DNA of 64,000 bases from a virus, in IMG/VR virus record IMGVR_UViG_3300021420_000022, positions 28,393 to 92,392 of that record; one strand, written 5' to 3'. Shown here in pieces: positions 56,606-64,000 of this stretch. The translations under genes were made by a program, and so were the position numbers. Below the pieces are notes generated by a model. It made no database searches, was not told the DNA's origin, and saw only the letters and a program-made list of their open reading frames with translations. Position 1 is the first letter of the stretch; every line of letters starts with the position of its first letter.

Positions 56606-56935
56606 GTTACGCACGTCAATGTCTCATGGTCACTCACGCGGACGCGGGTTCGATCCCCGCTAGGTCCACCAATCCTATCACGGCCTTGTTAATTCACATG
56701 GCCGAGATAACTTCTGCGGGCCTAAATTGGTTTCGACGGGTGAGATTGATGGTGGGAAGCTCGTGCCGTAAGTGGACACTGTCGATATCAGTGTACCAAA
56801 CTAAAAATGCCATGCGAATGCTGGCGAAGGCTGTAAGCTTTGTGAAGTCGCTGTTCACCATGCCGAATTTTGGTATGGAAGCAGCCGCTTCCATGGCCTA
56901 GAGCCGGGAGGGGCTGTCCGAAAGATGGCCCCTTC
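56602..56935 (+). ncRNA. ssrA: Circularly permuted (two-piece) tmRNA
   Basis: Acceptor piece ends GGAC-GCGGG-TTCGATC-CCCGC-TAGGTCC-ACCA (56671); 46-nt intervening segment; coding piece starts GGGCCTA-AATTGGTTTCGAC (56718); G3-U70 pair; tag ORF 56809-56901; 3' hairpin. Confidence 0.9.
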
Positions 56936-56958
56936 ACTTTCAAAAATAGGAGACGACA

Positions 56959-57339
56959 ATGGCAGTGAAAAAGAAGGGCAAGAAAAAGAGCAGGAAATCA
57001 CCGAAGAAAGTAACAGGAGAGAAAATGATCAAGCTGACTGACAAGAACGGCGAGGCACTCAACCTGCTCGCGACTCGGGCGTCTGATGAATCGCATTACG
57101 CTACGCGGAGTGCGATCCGTAAGGCCCTGGACGAAACCGTAGAGTACAACGGCGGCGGATATTCTCAGATTACCCGCGAGCCGCTTGTCGAACTTCAGAT
57201 CCGACGAAATGACCGCGACGATGTCACCTACACTGAGTCGCTGACGGTCGGCGTCATATTCAAGCGCGGGATTCTTCAGTTCGGCTGCCACACTTTCAAC
57301 CGGGCGACCTCGAAGCAGATCGTTCAATGGGCGCGATGA
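56959..57339 (+). CDS. Hypothetical protein between the two tag cassettes
   Basis: AGGAG SD; Lys-rich N-terminus. Confidence 0.65.
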   Translation: MAVKKKGKKKSRKSPKKVTGEKMIKLTDKNGEALNLLATRASDESHYATRSAIRKALDETVEYNGGGYSQITREPLVELQIRRNDRDDVTYTESLTVGVIFKRGILQFGCHTFNRATSKQIVQWAR

Positions 57340-57419
57340 TCGGCAAGACACAGGAAGACATCATTCGCGTTCGGGAATTGCTGGGACCGGTCAACGATCT
57401 TGTGCCGGACTCGGTAATT

Positions 57420-57607
57420 ATTGATGGTGGGAAGCTCGTGCCGAGAATGGACACCTCGTATAAAAGCGTACCAAACCACAAAAGCCAAGTCTATTCTGGC
57501 TAAGGTGGCTAGCTTCTTGAAGTCGCTGGTTCCTGCTCTCCCGAGCATGGACTTCGCGCCTCAGGCGGCCTAGTCGCTGGGTGGGGTCGCCCGAAAGGTG
57601 GCCCCAC
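57420..57607 (+). ncRNA. Second tmRNA mRNA-like cassette (pairing segment, PK1-like element, tag ORF, hairpin), no tRNA-like 5' strand
   Basis: 24-nt identity to 56745-56768; tag ORF 57484-57573 AKSILAKVASFLKSLVPALPSMDFAPQAA; homologous CGAAA-loop hairpin. Confidence 0.8.
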
Positions 57608-57629
57608 TTATTTCAAAAAGGAGAACTAG

Positions 57630-57857
57630 ATGAGCGCAAAAGTTATGGGGTCGACGCCACGCGAACATGTTACGCCGAGAGAAATGCGATGCGGTCAGAT
57701 CGGAACGTTCAGATATGACGGTCAACAAATTCTCGCGCTACGGACTTTCTCCGAGATCGTTGATCTGAACGATGCCGCGTCAACATGGGGCCTTGACGCG
57801 TCCTATGATATCGAGTTGCTTCCGGCGGGGACCAAAATCGAAGTTGAGGCCGAGTAG
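57630..57857 (+). CDS. Hypothetical protein
   Basis: AAGGAG SD. Confidence 0.65.
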   Translation: MSAKVMGSTPREHVTPREMRCGQIGTFRYDGQQILALRTFSEIVDLNDAASTWGLDASYDIELLPAGTKIEVEAE

Positions 57858-57884
57858 AAGTAAAATCATGACGGGAGGAAACAA

Positions 57885-58439
57885 ATGAAGGGCAGAATCA
57901 AAGCAGTAGTTTTGGGGCTCGTGCTTGCTCTTGCAGTACTCGTCGCAGTTCCGTCGTACGCGCAGACCGTTGCGTTGTCCGCCGCATTTACATTCAACAG
58001 CAGTTCGCAAATCGTGTCATGGAATGGGAGTGACCCGTCTAACCCGCCATTTCCGTATGAAATGGGCGCGATTAGCCTCAACTCCAGCTTCGGTGGCGGC
58101 TACGGTTCCGGACTTGACGTTCCGTTTCAACTCGGGTTCCTGAACAACGGATTTCTCTCACCGTGTAATCCGATAGCGTTCGGAGCCAAAGTTTGGACTA
58201 ACGGCACCGGTACTCGCACCGGAGACACGTTCACAGTATCGGGCAGCACGACGTGCCCATACTTCACGGGCGAATGGGGCACCTATGAGAACAGCAACAA
58301 TCGGTTGGACGGCTTTAGCGTGACGGCCAGCTACGTTCGCACTTCGCACACGGCGTGCCGCTACGGTCGTTGCACCACGTACTACACCGATACGCTGCAA
58401 GGCGGCAGCGGGGTGGTTACAGACAGCACGATCAACTAA
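57885..58439 (+). CDS. Secreted hypothetical protein
   Basis: Signal peptide ending SYA-Q; beta-rich. Confidence 0.65.
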   Translation: MKGRIKAVVLGLVLALAVLVAVPSYAQTVALSAAFTFNSSSQIVSWNGSDPSNPPFPYEMGAISLNSSFGGGYGSGLDVPFQLGFLNNGFLSPCNPIAFGAKVWTNGTGTRTGDTFTVSGSTTCPYFTGEWGTYENSNNRLDGFSVTASYVRTSHTACRYGRCTTYYTDTLQGGSGVVTDSTIN

Positions 58440-58496
58440 CTTGGATCGGCCCGGCCCTCCGCATGGGGCTGGGCTAACCTTAAAAAGGAGACGAAC

Positions 58497-58748
58497 ATGG
58501 CAGCGAAAACTAAGAAGGCTAAGAAGGCCACGAAAACGAAAGTAAAGAAAGCAAAGACTGTGAAGAAGACCTCGGCGGTCGATCCGATCTCAGAAGTTTC
58601 GGACACGGCATTCGTCAGTGACTACGAGGATCGACAGCTGGAGCAACAGTTCATCGAAGGCCTCGACGACCTTGATTTGAACGACGAGACCGATCCCTAT
58701 GATCATGAATATGATTATGAGATCAATGAAGATGAGGACGAGCTCTAA
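58497..58748 (+). CDS. Bipolar basic/acidic small protein
   Basis: Lys-rich N-half, Asp/Glu-rich C-half; AAGGAG SD. Confidence 0.65.
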   Translation: MAAKTKKAKKATKTKVKKAKTVKKTSAVDPISEVSDTAFVSDYEDRQLEQQFIEGLDDLDLNDETDPYDHEYDYEINEDEDEL

Positions 58749-59188
58749 TGTGCGACGCGTGCAGACGGTCTAACTCGTCATCGATTGAGCAGCCGGAGCC
58801 AGCGATAACGAAACTTATTGTTGACTCCGTAGCCATCGAAAAGGATCGCGACCGCTGGCGGCGAGCCCTGAACGATTGCACTCCGGGCGGCAGTGAGTTT
58901 GCCCGAGACCCGGACTATTGCAAGAAGTACGTTCAAGAGCGCCGCGATTCTCTGTGGAAGTTAAACGTGAAGTTCGTTATGGAGAACCGCGATCTCCGCG
59001 AGGCTCTTGACGACGCGATCAAGACTTTGCGGCTCGTGCGCAACGGTGCCGAAGGGAAAGAGATTCAGACTCTAGCCCGAGACGTGGTCGACAAATTGGA
59101 GGAAATTCGTGTCGGAAGAGCAAAGCAAACGGAAGACCCCGGACCCGGGGAAGCATTTAATGCTATCGCTAGGAAAGAGTGTCTTTAG
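58748..59188 (+). CDS. Hypothetical protein
   Basis: TPGGSEF..DP..C motif. Confidence 0.6.
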   Translation: MCDACRRSNSSSIEQPEPAITKLIVDSVAIEKDRDRWRRALNDCTPGGSEFARDPDYCKKYVQERRDSLWKLNVKFVMENRDLREALDDAIKTLRLVRNGAEGKEIQTLARDVVDKLEEIRVGRAKQTEDPGPGEAFNAIARKECL

Positions 59189-59284
59189 AATTGTTGGGTG
59201 CAGCTTGCTTCCGTTCAGTTTACCTGCGGCGGCTGCGCTGCTTGTTGAGGCGGAAATTCTCGGCATCGTGGAGGAGTTAGTTTA

Positions 59285-59683
59285 ATGAAGCCAACGGTCA
59301 TTCAGATTCGTAAGCACGCTCGCGTCTATATCGTCGAAGACAACGAGGAGCGCCTGAAGTGGTTCTTCGCTAAACTTCCCAGCGCGCTAATCTGGTACGA
59401 GAAGGACCCGAAGCTAGCGGTCGAGCAACTTTCATGGTTGATGCCCGAAAGCATGGACTGCATCTTTCTCGACTTCGACCTCGGGCCGGGGAATGTCAAG
59501 CATTCGACAATCAATGCGATACCGGTTGTCGATTTTTTGAACAGTAAGCTCACGTCGCGACGTGCGCAACGTAACATCGTGATTCACAGTCAGAACGCTC
59601 CGGGCGCATTCTGGATGAACACGATGCTACCCGGCGCAGCACGGTTGCCGTTCGGCGAATTTGATATTCAAGAGGTGCCCTGA
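59285..59683 (+). CDS. Cyclic-phosphate-processing receiver-like domain protein
   Basis: IVEDNEER..WF, IFLDFDLG, IVIHSQN..GA..M. Confidence 0.7.
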   Translation: MKPTVIQIRKHARVYIVEDNEERLKWFFAKLPSALIWYEKDPKLAVEQLSWLMPESMDCIFLDFDLGPGNVKHSTINAIPVVDFLNSKLTSRRAQRNIVIHSQNAPGAFWMNTMLPGAARLPFGEFDIQEVP

Positions 59684-60082
59684 TGGCCGATCTTAGCTGG
59701 CCGTACGTCAAGGATGTCCATCCGACGCCAGACGAACGCGCTGAACGAGCGCTCAATTTGATTTTTGGACGGGATATGTGGAGTCCGTTCGCTAAATCTG
59801 TTATCGCAACCGAGATTCGCAACGCGATTCATGAAACTTTGAAACCGTACACGAAGGAGGAAGTATGAAGAACTTGAAAATACTGTTGTTGAAAGTTGGC
59901 GCAAATGTCGGCTCGGCGGATTCTGTGGTCAACGAAGAGCAGTATGAGGCGGCCATAAAGGAGTTTGACGCTCTTGAGGCCGCAGGCATCGAAGTGAAGA
60001 TCGAGCAGGTTGAAACGGTCACTGTCGTCAAACCGAAGTCGAAGCGTGGACGCAAAGCAAAGAAAGCATTAAAGGAGCAATC

Positions 60083-60472
60083 ATGAGACGTAAGAAAACA
60101 GAAGTAGACGTAACAAAACAGACGTTGGCAGCAGAAGAGCAGGGTATAACTCTTACTCCAAAGCACGGCGGCGCGGAGCCTACGCATTTCGATGACACAT
60201 CGCGCCACACTGACGGCGTGATCGATCTGGACCCGGTGCAGCGTACGCAGTTCATTGCCGAGACATTGACCGACAAACCGAAGCGCAAGTACACGAAGCG
60301 CGCCAAGAAAGTCGTTGTCACGCCAACTTTCATTGACGGCGAAGCGATTCTCAGTGCTCGCATTCAGGAATTCACCAACTACGCTCTCGGGAAAGTGACG
60401 TTTGAGGACTTTTCGAAGCGTGACGACAAGTTCCGGCAGCTTGCGGAGCTCGCCGCCGAGATCAACAAATAG
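60083..60472 (+). CDS. Hypothetical protein
   Basis: AAGGAG SD. Confidence 0.55.
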   Translation: MRRKKTEVDVTKQTLAAEEQGITLTPKHGGAEPTHFDDTSRHTDGVIDLDPVQRTQFIAETLTDKPKRKYTKRAKKVVVTPTFIDGEAILSARIQEFTNYALGKVTFEDFSKRDDKFRQLAELAAEINK

Positions 60473-60473
60473 C

Positions 60474-60502
60474 TTGACAAGCGCCTCGCGTTCTGATAAG
60501 GT
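60474..60502 (+). promoter_or_regulatory. Sigma70-type promoter upstream of the integrase
   Basis: TTGACA-17-TAAGGT with TG extension. Confidence 0.7.
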
Positions 60503-60618
60503 TGGAGCATGAAAATCGTACACGCACTAGCGATCATCGCCGTTCTCACGATACTGGCGTGGTCTAAAGCGCACGGACAAACGGTCATGCTCCCCTATCT
60601 TCCGCGAAGGAGTCGATC

Positions 60619-61524
60619 ATGCAAATAACTTTCGCCGATCAGAGCGTCGAGTACATCCGGCAGCTTCGGACAAGCCGCAATCCGGCCAGCCCGAACACCC
60701 TGAAGCGCTACCAGAGCTACCTAGACGCCCGTTTGGTTCCCCAGATCGGTTCTAGGCAGCTTTCCGAGCTGACTGGGGCCGCCTGCAAGGCGTTTTTCGA
60801 CCCGATAGCCGATAAACTCAGCGCGTCCTCCCTGAACGGTATCTATAACGTTCTTATAGGGGTTATCGACTCCGCCGTGGACGCCAACGGCAACCAACTC
60901 TACCCCCGACTCTGGAAAAAGTCGTTTTTGGACCTCCCTGAGCTGGTTCCAGGCGAGCAAAACACCCCTGAGATACCCCAAAAAACGCTAACGGAGGCGA
61001 TTCTAGGGGGGTCTCCTGAGGATAAGCGCCTGTGGGCCTTCCTCGCAGGCTCCGGCCTCAGGATCGCGGAATGCTTGGCAGTACGGACCACGCCAGACGG
61101 ACTCGGTAACTACTGGGATCGAGCTGCCGCGACCGTTACGGTCGAGGTTCAGCGCGATCTACGGGACCCCGACGCGCATCGGACGACAAAGACCGCCGCA
61201 GGGCGTCGCATCGTCGACCTGCCCCGCGACCTGAACGCGTTCCTCATTCGGACGACTCCGGAGGGAGCGTTTCTGTTCACCAGCAAGTACGACGGCCTCT
61301 ACAAACGTCTCAAGAAGGCGATACCTGACGCCGGGTTTCACTCTTTCCGCCGTTTTCGGCTGACCCAGATCGCTGCCAAGAATGCGCCGATCACTTTGGA
61401 GCACTTCTGGTCCGGGCACGCGGCGGACGGCGTTCACGAGCGTTACGCCAAGTGGGCCACGAAGAACGAAGAGCGCCGTGAGTGGGCCGACAAGATTGGT
61501 CTCGGATTCGAGCTGCCGCAATGA
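60619..61524 (+). CDS. Tyrosine recombinase/integrase
   Basis: GLRIAE (R), KT.AG.R (K), FHSFRR (HxxR), SGH, RY (Tyr). Confidence 0.9.
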   Translation: MQITFADQSVEYIRQLRTSRNPASPNTLKRYQSYLDARLVPQIGSRQLSELTGAACKAFFDPIADKLSASSLNGIYNVLIGVIDSAVDANGNQLYPRLWKKSFLDLPELVPGEQNTPEIPQKTLTEAILGGSPEDKRLWAFLAGSGLRIAECLAVRTTPDGLGNYWDRAAATVTVEVQRDLRDPDAHRTTKTAAGRRIVDLPRDLNAFLIRTTPEGAFLFTSKYDGLYKRLKKAIPDAGFHSFRRFRLTQIAAKNAPITLEHFWSGHAADGVHERYAKWATKNEERREWADKIGLGFELPQ

Positions 61525-61609
61525 TAGGTACGATTGGCGCGCTCATCGTAATCGTGATTCTGGTTTTCCTGATCGTGACCGGGCCGGTTCGAAAAGACTA
61601 GGAGGAGCA

Positions 61610-61906
61610 ATGACCGAAGACGAAAAGTGGTACGCTCAGCAGTACCCGTGGGAACTGGCCGATTGCGGGATGTGCCTCACCATGCATGCCGACTTTCAGT
61701 GCGAACATCACCCAGACTTATCGACGGCGGCGAGCACCGCTGAAATCCCGTATCCTGCTGAAAAAGTGTGGGGCAAACCAACGTTGGAAGACAAACGCGA
61801 GGAAGCTGTCGTGATCCGCGAGCAGTTCGCGCAGTACTACACGAAGACGAAAGCGAAGGAGCCGAAAGTCGTATTCGGGGAACTCGCAGAGCCGTCTAAC
61901 GATTAA
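61610..61906 (+). CDS. Hypothetical protein
   Basis: AGGAGG SD before MTEDEK. Confidence 0.55.
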   Translation: MTEDEKWYAQQYPWELADCGMCLTMHADFQCEHHPDLSTAASTAEIPYPAEKVWGKPTLEDKREEAVVIREQFAQYYTKTKAKEPKVVFGELAEPSND

Positions 61907-62898
61907 GGAGGACTGATGCTCAACCCAGCGCAAGCTAAACGACTGGCCGATCTTGAGAAGGAGTCCGTCAGGATCAGTTTTGAGCGGACTAAATATTCGT
62001 TCGCGAGCGACCCCAAAGGTTCCGCAGAGTGGGACCGACTCTGGACGGAGAGGATCGTTCTTGAGAAAGAGATCGAGCAGCTTCGAGCACTCAATACCGT
62101 TCGAACTGTATTTCCGACGATACCGTTAGAGATTTAAGGAGGAAGTATGAAGGAGAAAATCCGAGACGCGGTCGCCGACATTGCCGCCGATCTTGCGGAT
62201 CGAAGGGGCCTCGGCGACGAATGGGATCAACTTGACGCCCAAATGCAGCACGACATCATGGATGAATGGGTCGAAATCATCGAGAGAGCTTTGGAGGAAC
62301 AATGAAAGTCAAAATAACGTTTGAACCCGAAACTGTAGCCGAGTCCGCTGCCCTAAAACTTTTCAGCGGCATTCACGCTGGCGATATCTTCGAAAGCAAC
62401 CTTGACCGGGCGCACAGACTGCTTGAAGCGCTCATCGGGGTTCTGAAACTGGCTATCGTACCATGAAAAACTGGTACAAACTTCGATACTCGTTGTCCGT
62501 TACAGGCTACGGCGTCATCGTCAGAGCGATAGATGTCGATGTTCTTGGCGACGATCTTGAGGACGCTATCTTTAACGCTCGGTTCCAACTGACGAAAATG
62601 TTTCAACTCGCCGAAACCAAACACGAACTCACACTTACCGGCGTCCGCCAATAGGAGGCGACATGGCAGTAAAATACGAATGCGACCGTTGTAAAAAGCT
62701 TCAAAACCAGCCCTTGCACCCACTCAGTCCTCGGGGCATCGATTACGAGGACGACTTCAGCGACTGGCGGCTTAACCAAATGTCGTGCCGCTACGATCTT
62801 TGCGAAAGTTGTCTCGTTCTGATTGCGGAAATTCTCAGCAACCCGAAGGCTATCGTGACGGTGCCGTCAATCGTCAAAACTGGAAATGACTACGACAT

Positions 62899-63657
62899 AT
62901 GATCACAACTACTAGCGCGACGGCCCAAGGAAACCGCACGTATCAAGAAGACCGTATCGTCATTGCCAAAGTTCCGTTCGGGACTCTTCTGGCCGTCGCG
63001 GACGGGCATGGCGGGTCTGAGACCAGCCATCATTTGGCGGATATTCTTGCTTCGACATGGACCGGCCTGTACACAAAGTGGGCCGGTGACCCTGTCGAAA
63101 TGTTCCTCAAGAAAGTTTTCGTCGACCTCGATGCGGAAACTCGGTTTCGAGACGCGGGGTCGACCCTCAGCGTAGTGTTTGTTGACGAGATCGGTTCCAA
63201 GGCGGCTGTAGCGGTTTTAGGCGATAGCCCGGTGATAATTCGACAGACCCGTGTTCCGGACCCTCATAAAACTTGGGTTTCACCGGAGCATAATGTCCGC
63301 ACCAACATGGTCGAGAGAGCAGCAGTACAACAGCGCGGTGGCTTCTGTTCAGGAGGGTATTGTTTCGCTCACTATTCCGAAAAAGGGCTGCAAATGACCC
63401 GCGCTTTCGGCGACATTGAGCTCGGCGGCATCCTAAGTCGCGAACCGGAGATTTTCGTTCACGAACTGAACAAACCGGCTTGTATTTTGGTCGCTAGCGA
63501 CGGGTTGATCGACCCGACTCACGTCAACGGTGAACTTAATTACGAAACAATCGTGGATATGCTCGACGCCGGTGCGGAAGCTAAAGAACTGGTGAGCCGC
63601 GCAGTCAAAATGCAAACTAACGACAACGCATCGGCTATCGTTTGGAGAAATAAGTGA
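62899..63657 (+). CDS. PP2C-family Ser/Thr phosphatase
   Basis: G.R.YQED, VADGHGG, GSTL, LGDS, TRAFGD, VASDGL.D, DNAS. Confidence 0.92.
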   Translation: MITTTSATAQGNRTYQEDRIVIAKVPFGTLLAVADGHGGSETSHHLADILASTWTGLYTKWAGDPVEMFLKKVFVDLDAETRFRDAGSTLSVVFVDEIGSKAAVAVLGDSPVIIRQTRVPDPHKTWVSPEHNVRTNMVERAAVQQRGGFCSGGYCFAHYSEKGLQMTRAFGDIELGGILSREPEIFVHELNKPACILVASDGLIDPTHVNGELNYETIVDMLDAGAEAKELVSRAVKMQTNDNASAIVWRNK

Positions 63658-63760
63658 GCCACTTCGATCCACAATCGTTTGTCACAGGGCTGCTGCTGGG
63701 CGCAGGCGCGTTCGCTCTGCTCTCGGTTTACTTCACACTGGTGGGACCGCCGGAGATAAA

Positions 63761-64000
63761 ATGAGATTACCGAACGGAAAAGAGACAATGTCAGTCGGCG
63801 ACCTTCAAAAAGTTATGGAGGGCCTAGACGACTCTCTGCCTGTCGAAATTTTCCCGGTCGAGTGCAACGGCGACGAGCCCCACGGCGACGAGCCCCACGG
63901 CGACGAGCCCCACGGCGACGAGCCCCACGGCGACGAGCCCCACGGCGACGAGCCCCACGGCGACGAGCCCCACGGCGACGACCCCCACGGCGATTACGGG
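63761..64000 (+). CDS. Hypothetical protein with GDEPH repeats (runs off the window)
   Basis: GGAG SD, ATG 63761, frame open to the end. Confidence 0.55.
   Translation, partial: MRLPNGKETMSVGDLQKVMEGLDDSLPVEIFPVECNGDEPHGDEPHGDEPHGDEPHGDEPHGDEPHGDEPHGDDPHGDYG
63869..63988 (+). repeat. 15-bp tandem repeat (GDEPH)
   Basis: GGCGACGAGCCCCAC x7 exact plus one GGCGACGACCCCCAC. Confidence 0.95.

Noticed and set aside
56563-56901. 112-aa ORF in the track spanning the tmRNA
   Set aside because: It has no SD and overlaps the EndoVII gene and the tRNA-like domain. Only its last 30 codons (the tag) are credible.
57384-57390. GGACCGG as an alternative 5' acceptor strand for cassette 2
   Set aside because: It has only 5 contiguous pairs with TAGGTCC, loses G3-U70, has no GGTTTCGAC loop, and the spacing differs (36 vs 27 nt).
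63869-63988. Tandem repeats as a CRISPR array (also 38748-38849)
   Set aside because: There are no spacers; these are in-frame coding VNTRs.
1-64000. Stop-codon reassignment
   Set aside because: The core genes (terminase, portal, polymerase, helicase) are full length in the standard code, and no suppressor tRNA was seen.

Overview
The window is a 64 kb piece of a tailed dsDNA phage genome, probably temperate, with two divergent arms meeting at about 23.4-24.0 kb. The minus-strand arm (1-23.2 kb) carries head and packaging genes (scaffold-like protein, portal, large terminase) and a block of secreted or surface-type genes (trypsin-like protease, DUF3494 ice-binding protein, GT2 glycosyltransferase, beta-helix and fibre-like proteins). 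The plus-strand arm (24-64 kb) carries sigma70-type early promoters, a T5 A1-like phosphoesterase, nucleotide-pool enzymes, a replication module (DnaQ-like exonuclease, SSB, primase-polymerase, family A polymerase, UvrD, PD-(D/E)XK nuclease), lysis enzymes, five HNH/EndoVII genes, a tyrosine recombinase and a PP2C phosphatase. The most striking finding is RNA-based: a circularly permuted (two-piece) tmRNA gene at 56602-56935 with an unusually long 30-aa tag that resembles an amphipathic membrane-targeting helix, followed 675 bp later by a second, diverged tag cassette that keeps an identical 24-nt pairing segment but lacks a tRNA-like 5' strand. Other findings are a complete tRNA-Ile(GAU) embedded within a 387-aa CDS, a promoter-driven ~380-nt structured RNA next to an EndoVII gene, a 30-bp element in three copies (candidate late promoter) and apparent ACG/ATT start codons. 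All family assignments come from motif recognition by eye; no database searches were run.
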